Below are positions 31,138 to 44,131 of a stretch of DNA of 64,000 nucleotides, piece after piece. Within the stretch, counting starts at the first letter, position 1. The number at the start of each line of letters is the position of its first letter. The translations under genes and the position numbers were made by a program. Below the pieces are notes generated by a model. The model saw nothing but the letters and a program-made list of their open reading frames with translations, did not search any database and was not told where the DNA came from. Origin of the DNA: an uncultured Phycisphaerales bacterium (lineage in GTDB: Bacteria; Planctomycetota; Phycisphaerae; Tepidisphaerales; Tepidisphaeraceae); NCBI GenBank assembly GCA_963755915.1, contig CAVWLP010000002.1, positions 1,088,001 through 1,152,000 on the forward strand, in the 5' to 3' direction.

Positions 31138-31581
31138 TCACTGCTGCGTGGTGGCAGGATGGGCGTTCTTCCACCAGCTCTCCCACCCATTCACATCGTT
31201 GCCAAACGGCATTCCCGTGAACTGCTTCAACTGCTGCACAATCTGAATCCCCTGATCCAGATCCGCCTGCGGCAGGGCTTTGACCAGGTAGGGGACGGCA
31301 TCCGATTTTCCCAAAGCTCCGAGATAAACTGCGGCATTAATCCAGATTTGCGGGTTGTCGTTTTTGACCAGATTCTCGGCCTTATCGACGCCGGCGGGGT
31401 CAGAACGGTCTTTGAGAATCATCAGGGCGTAGGAGACGGTGTCGGGGTCGTTGGAGTCGAGGTGGCGGACATATTCGGCGCTTGAGACGTGGATGACTTT
31501 TGTCAAAAGAATTGCGATGACGATCGCGGAAACGACGATTGCGATGACAACGATCGGGCCGCGGCGGGAATCATTGGCCAT
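31138..31581 (-). CDS. Membrane-anchored HEAT-repeat protein
   Basis: N-terminal TM helix, [27 protein letters not shown]…W..WW. Confidence 0.8.
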   Translation of the reverse strand: MANDSRRGPIVVIAIVVSAIVIAILLTKVIHVSSAEYVRHLDSNDPDTVSYALMILKDRSDPAGVDKAENLVKNDNPQIWINAAVYLGALGKSDAVPYLVKALPQADLDQGIQIVQQLKQFTGMPFGNDVNGWESWWKNAHPATTQQ

Positions 31582-34431
31582 AGTCGCTCGCGGGCGGGCA
31601 GGTGCAGATCAGGTGGCGGTCGCCAAAGGGGTTGTCAATGCGGCCGACGGCCGGCCAGAATTTGGATTGTTTCACCCAATCGAGCGGGAAGACGGCCCGC
31701 TGCCGGGAATAGGGATGGCGCCAGTCTTCGCGGGAGATTTCGGCGGTGGTATGCGGGGCGTTTTTCAGGGGGTTGTCTTCGCGGCTCATTTTGCCGGATT
31801 CGATTTCGGCGATCTCCTGGCGGATTGAAATCATCGCCTCGCAAAAGCGGTCGAGCTCGGGTTTGGATTCGCTTTCGGTGGGCTCGATCATGAGCGTTCC
31901 CGGCTCGGGCCAGGACATCGTGGGGGCGTGGAAGCCATAATCCATCAGCCGTTTGGCGATGTCTTCGACTTTCACGCCGCTGGTTGCTTCGAACTGCTTG
32001 CAGTCGATGATGAATTCGTGGGCGCATCGGCCGGATTTGCCCTTGAAGACGATCGGATAGTGGGCCTGCAATCGGGAGGCCATGTAATTGGCGTTGAGGA
32101 TGGCGATTTCCGTCGCGCGTTTAAGGCCGGCGTCGCCCATGAGGGCGATGTAGACAAAGGAGATGGCCAGGATGCTGGCGCTGCCGTAGGGGGCCTGCGA
32201 GATCGGGCCGATGGCGTGGCGGCCTTTTTCGGGCAGAAATTCGGCGAGATGCGCGGCGACGGCGATCGGCCCCATGCCGGGTCCTCCGCCGCCGTGGGGG
32301 ATGCAGAAGGTTTTGTGCAGGTTCAGATGGCAGACATCCGCGCCCATGTCGCCGGGCCGACAGAGGCCGACCAGGGCGTTCATGTTGGCCCCGTCCATGT
32401 ACACCTGTCCGCCGTTGTCGTGGACGATCCGGCAGATTTCCTTCACGGATTCCTCGAAGACGCCGTGCGTGGAGGGATAGGTGAGCATGATGGCGCCCAG
32501 CTGATTCGCGATGTTCCCGCGCTTTGTTCTTCAGATCTTCAAGATCGATGTTTCCGAGTTCATCGCAGGCGACGGGCACGACGTGCATTCCGGCTGCGAC
32601 GGCGCTGGCCGGGTTGGTGCCGTGGGCGGAGACGGGGATAAGGCAGATCGTTCGATTGCCCTGGGCCCGGCTTTCGTGATAGGCGCGAATCACCAGCAGT
32701 CCGGCATATTCGCCTTGCGAGCCGGCGTTGGGCTGAAGCGATACCGCTGAAAAGCCGGTGATTTTCGCCAGCCAGCCTTCGAGGGTGGAGAGCATCTGCG
32801 TATAACCCGCCGCCTGGTCGGCGGGGGCGAAGGGATGCATCCGGCCAAACTCGGGCCAGGTGACGGGGATCATTTCGCTGGTGGCGTTGAGCTTCATCGT
32901 GCATGAGCCCAGGGGAATCATCGACTGCGCCAGCGAGAGGTCGCGGCTCATCAGGCGGAAAATGTAGCGCAGCATTTCCGTTTCGCTCTTGTGCCGATGA
33001 AAGACCGGATGGGCGAGAAACGGGGTGGTGCGCGTCAGATGCGGCTGGAAAGGGCGGGGCTTCGGTGGCCAACTGGTCGATGTTCACGCGGAGCGTCGCG
33101 CCGCCGGAGAATGATTCGAGGATGGCCTGCACGTCCTGGCGGGTGGTGGTTTCGTCGAGGGAAATGCCGATGGAGCTGTCGCCGAAATCGCGGAGATTGA
33201 ACCCGGCGGTTTTGGCGGCTGAAAGAACCGAGGAGATCGGCAAGCCGTTCACGTGAACGCGAAGCGTATCGAAAACGGGATGGTCCATCGGCGAATGTCC
33301 GAGCTTTCGCAGCGCCGCGGCCAGGGCCGTCGTCAGTCCGTAAACGCGCCGGGCGATGGCGCGCAGGCCGCCCGGGCCGTGATAGACGGCGTACATCCCC
33401 GCGATTACCGCCAGGAGCACCTGGGCGGTGCAGATGTTGCTCGTGGCCTTGTCGCGGCGGATGTGCTGCTCGCGCGTCTGGATGGCAAGTCGCAGGGCGG
33501 GATTGCCCGCGGAATCTCTGGAGATTCCCACCATTCTGCCGGGCATTTTGCGGGCGAATTCGTTTTTCGTGGCGAGATAAGCCGCGTGCGGGCCGCCGAA
33601 ACCCATCGGGACGCCGAAGCGCTGGGTCGAGCCGACGGCGATGTCAGCGCCGAATTCGCCCGGGGGTTTCAGAAGCGTGAGGGCCAGAATATCAGCCGCC
33701 ATCACGACCAGGGCGCCGCCGGCGTGGGCCGAGGAGATTACCGCGGAATAGTCGATTACCGATCCATCGGTCGTGGGATATTGAAGGAGAATCCCGCAGA
33801 ACTTTCCGATTGGATAAATCCGTTTTGCCTGCCGGCCCAATCACGCATTCCATCCCGATGGCTTTGGCCCGCGATTTCACGACGGCAATGGTGCGGGGAT
33901 GGCAATCGTCGGCGACGAAAAACGCCGGCCGGTCTTCCTCCACGATGCGCCGGCACATCACCATCGCCTCGGCGGCGGCGGTTGCTTCATCGAGCAGCGA
34001 CGCGTTGGCCAGCGGCAGGCCGGTCAGATCGCTTACCATCGTTTGAAAATTCAGCAGCGCCTCCAAACGTCCCTGGGCGATCTCCGCCTGGTAGGGCGTG
34101 TACTGCGTATACCAGCCTGGATTTTCCAGGATATTCCGCAGGATCACCGGCGGCGTGATCGTGTCGCTATAACCCATCCCCAGGCAGGTTCGCAGGACGG
34201 TATTTTTCGCCGCGACTGTGCGCAGCTCTTCAATCAGCTCAAATTCGCCGCGCCGGGCCCGATGCCCAGCGGCTGGCGAAAACGGATGGATTGCGGAATC
34301 GTCTGATCCATCAGCTCATCAAGCGAGGAAACGCCGATGACCTGCAACATCTCGGCCACATCCTCGTCGCCCGGACCGATATGACGGCGGGAAAAGTCGT
34401 CGGTCCAAGTAATGTTTTTGTTTGATGTCAT
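31571..34431 (-). CDS. gcvP: Glycine dehydrogenase (P protein), several frameshifts
   Basis: [78 protein letters not shown]. Confidence 0.97.
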
Positions 34432-34538
34432 CTGCCGCGCGTAGGCTAGGAGCGTTGTGGGGGAGAATCAAGTCCGTCTGTGGCGTGATGACGTAACGAC
34501 TGGGCGGAGCAGTCACGTATGATTCCAAATCTGCAGTA

Positions 34539-34586
34539 GGCCCTCATCCCTACCCTCTCCCGGAGTACCGGGCGAGGGGGGAAGAG
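34539..34586. repeat. CCCTCACCC…CCCTCTCCC…GGGCGAGGG palindromic repeat, copy 1
   Basis: Near-identical copies at 49145 and 62061. Confidence 0.85.
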
Positions 34587-34621
34587 CGGGTCCACAACTC
34601 GTTGTAATGGCAATGAGGGAT

Positions 34622-34652
34622 GCCGTTAAAGTGCCGTTAAACGGCCGTTAAA
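34622..34652. repeat. Three GCCGTTAAA direct repeats with 11-bp period
   Basis: GCCGTTAAA-gt-GCCGTTAAA-cg-GCCGTTAAA. Confidence 0.8.
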
Positions 34653-34661
34653 TGAGAAAGC

Positions 34662-35046
34662 TCATTTCGCCACTTGCTTCAGATAATCATCCGCCGACAG
34701 CAGTTTCCCCATTTCCGCAGCCGCATTGGTTGCCTTCACCTTGATCATCCATGCCTTGCCCAGCGGATCGGAATTGACCAGTCCCGGATTCGCATTGAGC
34801 TCGTCGTTGACCGCGCGTAACGGTTCCGCTGACGCCGGTATAAAGATCGCTGGTGGCTTTGACGGATTCGATTTCGCCCCACGGCGATCCCGCGGTCACC
34901 TTCGTGCCGACGGTTGGGAGCTTTACATAGGTGATGTCCGTCAGCTCATCGGCCGCGTTTTGCGTGATGCCGATCGTCACAACGTCGCCGGCAAGCTGGT
35001 GCCATTCGTGCGTTTCCAGATATTTTCGGTCTTGGGGAACAGGCAT
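34662..35046 (-). CDS. gcvH: Glycine cleavage H protein (frameshift ~34815)
   Basis: KYLETHEW, IGIT..A, lipoyl motif EIESVKATSDLY, VNSDP.G.AWMIK. Confidence 0.95.
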
Positions 35047-35055
35047 GGTGAAACC

Positions 35056-36153
35056 TCACTTTGCTCTTTTGTAAAACGGCAGCGGTACGACCTTCGCCGC
35101 CGCGATGCTTCCGCGGAGATCGATCTCCACGGCCTCGCTTTCTCCCGCCTTGGCGGCATCGACGTACGCCATCGCGATGCTGCGGCCCAGCGTTGGCGAG
35201 AACGTGCCGCTGGTGACTTCACCGATCGATGCCGGGCCCGACTTTACGATCGATCCCTGGCGGGCGATGCGCGGGGTATTCAGTTCCAGGCCGACCAGTT
35301 TCTTCGCCGGTCCGTGCCCGGCAATCACGCGCAGCGGCTCGACGCCGATGAATTGCTTACCCAGATCGACCGCCCAACTCAAGCCCGCGGAGATGGGGTC
35401 GGTGCTTTCGGTGAGTTCGTGGCCGTAAAGCGGCATGCCGGCTTCCAGGCGCAGGGTGTCGCGCGCGCCAAGGCCGGCCGGTTTGATTGGCGCATCGGGT
35501 TTGCTCATTTCTCCGGACATCGAATTCACCATATTCTGAGCGGTTCCGCCGGACACAATGACCTCAACGCCATCCTCGCCGGTGTATCCGCTGCGGAAAA
35601 GCGTGAATCGGCTCATCATGTAGGTGCCGGTTTCAAAGCCGTAGCGCTTGATCGCTTTCACATCGATTTCCAGGGCCTCGCTGATCATGTCGATGACCGC
35701 CGGTCCCTGGACGGCAACCATGGCGGTAGATTCCGTTCGATCAGAAATCTCGGCTTCAAATCCTTTTTCATCACGAACCTTGGTGATGTGCCCCAGAATC
35801 TTTTCCCGGTTTGCCCCGTTACAGACAACCAGCCAGTTCCGCGGGTGCTTGCTGACGATCACATCATCCAGCACGCCACCGGCCGAATTGCAGACCAGGC
35901 TATAACGGCTCTGCCCGACGCGCATCTGGGCGACGTTGCGCGTCAGCACCAGCTCCAGCAGCGCCGCGGCGCCGGCGCCGCTAATCTGAATTCTCCCCAT
36001 GTGCGAAACGTCGAACAGCGATCCGCTCTGGCGCGTCTGGCGGTGCTCCTCGACGATTCCGCGGTAGAGGATGGGCATCTCCCAGCCGGCGTATTCGACC
36101 ATCTTGGCCCCGCAGGCGACGTGAAATTCATGAAGCGGCGATCGCTTGAGCAT
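35056..36153 (-). CDS. gcvT: Aminomethyltransferase (T protein)
   Basis: YAGWEMP, LFDVSHMG, RSGYTGEDG.E, GLGARDTLRLEAG.PLYG.E. Confidence 0.97.
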   Translation of the reverse strand: MLKRSPLHEFHVACGAKMVEYAGWEMPILYRGIVEEHRQTRQSGSLFDVSHMGRIQISGAGAAALLELVLTRNVAQMRVGQSRYSLVCNSAGGVLDDVIVSKHPRNWLVVCNGANREKILGHITKVRDEKGFEAEISDRTESTAMVAVQGPAVIDMISEALEIDVKAIKRYGFETGTYMMSRFTLFRSGYTGEDGVEVIVSGGTAQNMVNSMSGEMSKPDAPIKPAGLGARDTLRLEAGMPLYGHELTESTDPISAGLSWAVDLGKQFIGVEPLRVIAGHGPAKKLVGLELNTPRIARQGSIVKSGPASIGEVTSGTFSPTLGRSIAMAYVDAAKAGESEAVEIDLRGSIAAAKVVPLPFYKRAK

Positions 36154-36164
36154 TTGTGCGCGCC

Positions 36165-36194
36165 GAGCCTATGCACGGGACCAAACAGCGTCAA
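36165..36194 (-). promoter_or_regulatory. Sigma70 promoter of gcvT
   Basis: TTGACG-17-TAGGCT, about 12 nt upstream of the ATG. Confidence 0.5.
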
Positions 36195-36269
36195 GAATCT
36201 CGGCGCTCTTGTCGCTTATGAAATGGCCGAGGGATGCGGGGTGGCGGCGCTGCGTCGACGTTTTCTCAA

Positions 36270-38288
36270 CTACGAGATACAGCCCGCTTCGAAGTTAGCG
36301 CAGAACTGCGCGTAAGTCAGCGTCGCGATGCCCTGGCTGTTTTCCAGGGAGTCGCCCGAAAAGCCCCAGGGATTTCTCACGACGAAATACATCGTCCCAT
36401 CCGATTCATAAACGCTCACCAGCGAATAAGCGTGATCTCCCACAAGATTAGGCGGAGAGGCGGGAGTGCCCAGCGTGATGGCATCGCCATCCGCGAGGTC
36501 CGTCGAGAGCGTGCTATAGAGGATGGCCTGCGAAAGCGCCGTCGGAACGAATTCCTCTGAATTGAGCCCAAAATCGCCATATACTTCTCCCATCCATCCG
36601 CTGGCAATCGAAGCGTAAGTGTTGGCGCCTGTTCGGTAAAAACAGAAAGCCTTCTCCATGACCGCCCCCCAGATCGATCCATCGGAACCTGGATGGGCAT
36701 ACAAGAATCCGTCAAACGAACCGGTCGAGAACTGATTCGAGACGCGCACGTAAGTCGGTGTGCCCAGGCTCATGAACTGAACGACGTAAGTTCCGTCACC
36801 CATATCAACGGCAGATTGGACCAAAACATTCGGATCCTGTTGTGCGATAGCCGCCAGGGCGGCGATAAAAAAGCAGTCTCCACTTGCCCCTTGGTTTGCA
36901 TCTGCCGCAACCGGACCAGTCCCGAACAACGATGCGTTTACCGTCATTGTTGCTCCTGCATCGCTGGGATCAGCAAGTGCGGCGCCATACGCCTTGCTGA
37001 CGCCTCCCGCGAAGCTGGCTACGCTGTGGACGGAGCCGGTTCCGGAAAAGGCATCCGTTGAGTCGATCCATGCGGTTACGTCGGCTCCAGCGCTGTCAAT
37101 TGTTGTCGGCGCCGCGTCAATTGTTTCCAATGTAGCCGGCGAAACCACGGATGAGGCGACATTTATCGTGTCGGTTCCACCGCGGGTGTAAATGAACAGT
37201 CCACCGGCGGTTGCCGCATCCGTGAAATTTTCCCCATCGGCATTGATGGTAAAAATATCCGCATTTTCGGAAACCGTCACGGTATCGTCCGCACCGGTCG
37301 CGTTCACGACCAGCTCATCGCCATATCGCGTCGAAAGAGTAACCGTCGATTCATTGATGCTTCGACCGAAATTCGCGGTCATCGCGACGAAATTCGACCC
37401 ACTTACAACGCCGGAATAATTGAAGTTTCCCTCATCCCAGGCGCTGACCCCCTGACCAAAGTGAGAAGCGACGATCCCAAAATCCGTGCCGTTGACGACT
37501 CCGTCCAGGTTGGCGTCTCCCACTAGCGTGTATCTTATTTCGATCTCGCCCGCAGGCAGGCCTGCCGGATTTCCCGTGTCCGCCGAATCGGCATAGCCAA
37601 CGGCATAACTTTTATTCTCGGAGGCGGCGGATGAGATGATTCCAGCGCCGTTCCAGCTTCCTGCGTTAAATCCGCTTTTTACATAGCCGGCGATGATGGA
37701 TATGGGATCTGCGCCGCTTCCATAATCGATAAAAATGGAAGAGTAGCCAACATCGAGCGTACCGCCGTTTATCTGGAGTTGGCCGACGGTCTGCGGGGCG
37801 GTCACGACAACGTCGGCGCCGCCGCCGATCATCAGGTCGTAATCGGGATATTCGGCGGCAAAATCAGAGCTTAGTGTTACGGTTCCAGTGGTTACATCCA
37901 GGGTCGTGGTAGCGCCTGAGGAAGTAATGGTGTATTGAGCACCGGAGTTGGTGTAAAGACCGACTGGATTCGTATTGGATTGGGATGAAGTCGGAAAGTC
38001 AGTAGCTACATCACTTGTGTTGGTTAGATGCGCATGCAAAGGAGAGGCATGTGACATCAGCCTTCGAGTTTCCAGTGGTTCGCAATGGCACAGGACGCGT
38101 GATTTAAGGTAACCCCGTCTGACGTTATGAGGTGTTGTGGTTTTGATAAAAAAACCTTTCGCTTTAAAAGCCGCAGTGGGGGCCTGAAGCAACTCCAAAG
38201 CAATACAACGCGATTTAATTGCGCGATATCGGTGGCGCCCTGGTTCGAAATTCGCGGACCGAAACGACCCGACAGAGGCGGTCGTCAT
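36270..38288 (-). CDS. Extracellular C2 (calpain-like) cysteine protease with a LEPRxLL-type N-terminal motif and a dockerin-like domain (start uncertain)
   Basis: CEPLETRRLMS; GDANLDGVVNGTDF…GNFNYSGVV; catalytic NQGASGDCFF, HAYS and VRNPWG. Confidence 0.85.
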   Translation of the reverse strand: MTTASVGSFRSANFEPGRHRYRAIKSRCIALELLQAPTAAFKAKGFFIKTTTPHNVRRGYLKSRVLCHCEPLETRRLMSHASPLHAHLTNTSDVATDFPTSSQSNTNPVGLYTNSGAQYTITSSGATTTLDVTTGTVTLSSDFAAEYPDYDLMIGGGADVVVTAPQTVGQLQINGGTLDVGYSSIFIDYGSGADPISIIAGYVKSGFNAGSWNGAGIISSAASENKSYAVGYADSADTGNPAGLPAGEIEIRYTLVGDANLDGVVNGTDFGIVASHFGQGVSAWDEGNFNYSGVVSGSNFVAMTANFGRSINESTVTLSTRYGDELVVNATGADDTVTVSENADIFTINADGENFTDAATAGGLFIYTRGGTDTINVASSVVSPATLETIDAAPTTIDSAGADVTAWIDSTDAFSGTGSVHSVASFAGGVSKAYGAALADPSDAGATMTVNASLFGTGPVAADANQGASGDCFFIAALAAIAQQDPNVLVQSAVDMGDGTYVVQFMSLGTPTYVRVSNQFSTGSFDGFLYAHPGSDGSIWGAVMEKAFCFYRTGANTYASIASGWMGEVYGDFGLNSEEFVPTALSQAILYSTLSTDLADGDAITLGTPASPPNLVGDHAYSLVSVYESDGTMYFVVRNPWGFSGDSLENSQGIATLTYAQFCANFEAGCIS

Positions 38289-38606
38289 TCAAGATGTTCT
38301 AAGAGTCAACTGAGCTTTCCGGTTCGCTCTCCGCAACTTAATGGAGGGGGCTTCCGGTCCTTCCAACGCTGGGATGCGATCATAGCCGAATTGCAGTGCC
38401 GGAAAAGTGATTTTTGTGAATGTTTTTGCAATTTGTCCTTTTTTTTGCCTTCGCCAATGGGCGACACACGTTTTCGGCTGCTCGCCTCGTCGGTCCCGGA
38501 CGGCGGCGGAAGATCGCCTTGCAGCGGGTTCATCAGGTTTTAAAACATCCTTGACCCCACGGCTTCGATTTTTGGTTGAATTTGGCATACAATGCTGGGC
38601 TCTCTT

Positions 38607-41217
<2,611 letters not shown>

Positions 41218-41246
<29 letters not shown>

Positions 41247-41964
41247 CGAAGTGGGGCTGGTTCGATACTTGGTGCTGATTGCGATTTCGTCCCTGGGGAT
41301 GGGAGCGTGCTGGTGGGCAGCGGGGCCGTCGCTGGGGCTGTTCTTTGGTGGATTGCTTGTCGCGACATTTCTTACGCCTGCGGGAGTGCTTTGCGGGAAA
41401 GCCGCAGCGAGCGTTGGCGGATTCATCGCCGTCGTCGCGCCGGTTGTCGGGGTGTGGGTGCTGACTGCGACGAAAACCTCGAACACGCCGGCAGCATTGG
41501 GCGAGGCGGCTTGCGTGCTTCTCACTTATTCCATCGCTATCTCCGGGATCGCGCTGATCCTCGCGCGGGTGCGCGTGCCGGCAATTTTCGCGTCTGCCGC
41601 GGCGATCGTGCTGGGATTGGCGTGGCTCACCTGGCCGGTCTGGCTTTCGGCCCCTCTGGTTGGCCGCGGATATGATCGCGCCGTGCAGGATCTGGTGATG
41701 GCTCATCCGCCGCTCACCATCAATGGAATCCTCATTGGCGAACCCGCCTGGACGGAAAGATCAGTCGCGTATCACCTGACGGATCTCAACCAGGACGTGC
41801 CGATTCGGTTGCCCGATAATCCGGCGATTTGCGCAACCGCGCACGGAATCATCGGGATTTCGCTTTGGATTATCGCCTTCGCGTGGAAGGCGAAGAAGAG
41901 TGCCGCTGTTTTGAATTCATCGGCCACACCGCATACAGTAGTCCCCAATGTCCGAAACGAGTAA
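41218..41964 (+). CDS. Integral membrane hypothetical protein
   Basis: Multiple hydrophobic helices; operonic with gyrA. Confidence 0.75.
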
Positions 41965-42544
41965 TTCCAAGTTTTCAACGCCGATCGTCGGTCTGGCTGC
42001 CTGGCTGATTCCCGGCGCGGGATATGTTCTGATCGGTGATCGCAGCCGGGGGATCACGGCAGGGGTGACGATCATCCTGCTCTTTTTCGCGGGGATTGCG
42101 GTCGGGGGGATCCGCATCATGGACCCGCCGGGGTGGGGGCAATATGGATATATGACGCAGCTTGTGCTCAAGGGCGGGCTCAGTTCCGCGCAGACGGATG
42201 ACGACTACACGCGCGTCGATCCGACCAGCAAGGAGGAGGAAAACGACCCGACAACGGTTTCGGCGGGCAAGCCGGCAGGTTCGGCAATTTTTATCGAGCC
42301 AATCAACGAGCTGGGAGACAAGCCCTGGTATGTCGGGCAGATCCTGTGCGGCCCGCTGACGATGGCGATGTCGGCGGTTTCGGTAGCCGTGGCCCATCCG
42401 CCCGAAGGAGCCACCACGGCCATCGAAAGCGTGCCCTCATCGCATTCCCGCTCGTGGGAGATTGGGGAGCTCTACACCGCGGTGGCAGGAATGCTGAATC
42501 TACTGGTCATCATCGATTCCGCGCATCGCGCGAGTTTAAGGTGA
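41948..42544 (+). CDS. DUF6677-like membrane protein
   Basis: AWLIPGAGY…RG…LFFAGI; C-terminal G.LYT.VAGMLNLLVI.D. Confidence 0.75.
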   Translation: MSETSNSKFSTPIVGLAAWLIPGAGYVLIGDRSRGITAGVTIILLFFAGIAVGGIRIMDPPGWGQYGYMTQLVLKGGLSSAQTDDDYTRVDPTSKEEENDPTTVSAGKPAGSAIFIEPINELGDKPWYVGQILCGPLTMAMSAVSVAVAHPPEGATTAIESVPSSHSRSWEIGELYTAVAGMLNLLVIIDSAHRASLR

Positions 42545-42551
42545 TAGGCAT

Positions 42552-42800
42552 ATGAACATTCTCGCGACCACGGTTTCTTATCGTCCGTTCCTCGATCCAC
42601 TGCCGATCTGGGTGCGGCCCTGGTGCTGGCCGCTGCTGCTTCTGCCTCTGTGTCTTGCGGTGGCGATCGTTTACAAGTGCGTGCGTTGCCGGCGGACGTC
42701 GGAGGTGCCGCGCGAGGCGACGCAACTGTTTATTGAGATCGTTTTGGGAATGATCCTTACGGCGGCGGCGCTGGCGGGGCTTGCGGCGTTGATGGATTAG
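42552..42800 (+). CDS. Small membrane protein
   Basis: YRPFLDPLP…W.LLLLPL…IVYK, with two TM helices. Confidence 0.7.
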   Translation: MNILATTVSYRPFLDPLPIWVRPWCWPLLLLPLCLAVAIVYKCVRCRRTSEVPREATQLFIEIVLGMILTAAALAGLAALMD

Positions 42801-44115
42801 CCGCGGCGGATTCAGGCATCGGCAGCAGGGGCAAGGTAAAGAAATTAAGATTATTCGCGCGTAGATACTCGATTTTCGCCGGCAGATCGTCTGGCCGCGG
42901 ATGGGGATAGATCGGTCTTTCGACAGCGCCGTCGGCTTCGTCGAGGCTGGCACTGCGCTGGTAGTGGGCGATCCACATCAGTTTGTTCTGCTTGTTCTCG
43001 ACCATCGCGGATTTGTCGTCCGGATAGACGATCGCGCCGGCGTAGAGGGCCATGACCATCGCGGCGAGGACCGCGACACCGCGCGGGATTCGCGTGCGGA
43101 TCATGGGGATGGCGAGATAGGCGCCCACGAAGCCGGGCGTGATCAGCGGAATGTAACGCGAGGTCATCAGGCAATAGACGCTGACGGAGATGCGCCCCTC
43201 GACGGTGGCCAAAACGTAGAGGATCGAGAAGCCCAAGAGGCTGGCGATGATGATGGCCTTGGCGTCGGATTTGAGGGCCGCGGGAATCTGGGCGACGAGG
43301 ACGATGACGATCAGAATCGTCATGCCGCAGCCGAATATCTGGTTGAAGGGGATCGCGATGAAATTGAAGTAGTGCGAGAGGCCTATCGCGATGGCCAGGG
43401 GAAACTTGAGAATGTTCGGATCGAGCAACCGGAAAGAGGGGTTCGCGGGGTCGAGTTTGTAGTGGAGGAAAAAGAGAGCCAAAGATGCCAGGCAAACGAC
43501 GACCGCGCGGAAATTGCGGGTGATCGCGAAGGCGACTGGCGTAACCAGGCCCAGGAAAAAACCGAAGCCGGTGAAGATCGACAGGAAATTGATGCAGAGA
43601 ATCAGCCCCGTTCTTCCGGCGCCTTTTCGCAGGGTCCAGCCCAGGCAGTAGAGCATTAGCAGGAGCAGGGGGATCGCGGAGTGGGAGCTGTTGACGGTAA
43701 GCGACCAGATTTCGTACTGCCGGACGGTGAGGAAGAGGGAAGGCAGAACGATGAGGTCGTACCAGGCGAGGCCGCCGAATGCGCGGGCCTTCATGGCGAG
43801 GCAGGCGACCAGCGCGAGGATCAGAATTACGCCGATAGCGAAGGATTCGGCCCGCATGTTCCAGCGGGACAGCGGCGCGATGATGCTGGAGAGGAGCATG
43901 CCGACGCCTTCGCGATGGGGGCCGATCTGGGCGGTGAAGCGCTGCCAGTAGTTCCCGGTTCCTTCCAGCGTGAAGTAATAGTTGAAGTTGTCCCACCAGA
44001 GGATGTTGACCGAATACCGGTTGATTAGCAGGAAGAGGCGGACGACGAGGAAAATTGTATAGGCGATGCCGACCGCCCAGGCGAGGCAATGGAGAGATCG
44101 GGGCGGCGGCTTCAT
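42757..44115 (-). CDS. Polytopic membrane protein (GT-C/GtrII-like)
   Basis: YSVN..WWD, Q..PHR, SRY motif and about 10 TM helices. Confidence 0.7.
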   Translation of the reverse strand: MKPPPRSLHCLAWAVGIAYTIFLVVRLFLLINRYSVNILWWDNFNYYFTLEGTGNYWQRFTAQIGPHREGVGMLLSSIIAPLSRWNMRAESFAIGVILILALVACLAMKARAFGGLAWYDLIVLPSLFLTVRQYEIWSLTVNSSHSAIPLLLLMLYCLGWTLRKGAGRTGLILCINFLSIFTGFGFFLGLVTPVAFAITRNFRAVVVCLASLALFFLHYKLDPANPSFRLLDPNILKFPLAIAIGLSHYFNFIAIPFNQIFGCGMTILIVIVLVAQIPAALKSDAKAIIIASLLGFSILYVLATVEGRISVSVYCLMTSRYIPLITPGFVGAYLAIPMIRTRIPRGVAVLAAMVMALYAGAIVYPDDKSAMVENKQNKLMWIAHYQRSASLDEADGAVERPIYPHPRPDDLPAKIEYLRANNLNFFTLPLLPMPESAAANPSTPQAPPAPPP

Positions 44116-44131
44116 TGTCGGGCGGTAAGTG

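Noticed and set aside
28563-34652. Short tandem repeats as a CRISPR array
   Set aside because: Units are 7-11 bp with no unique spacers, and there are no cas genes.
36154-36270. Glycine riboswitch upstream of gcvT
   Set aside because: No GGAGA…CCGAAG…CTCAGG aptamer pattern, and a promoter sits only ~12 nt from the ATG.
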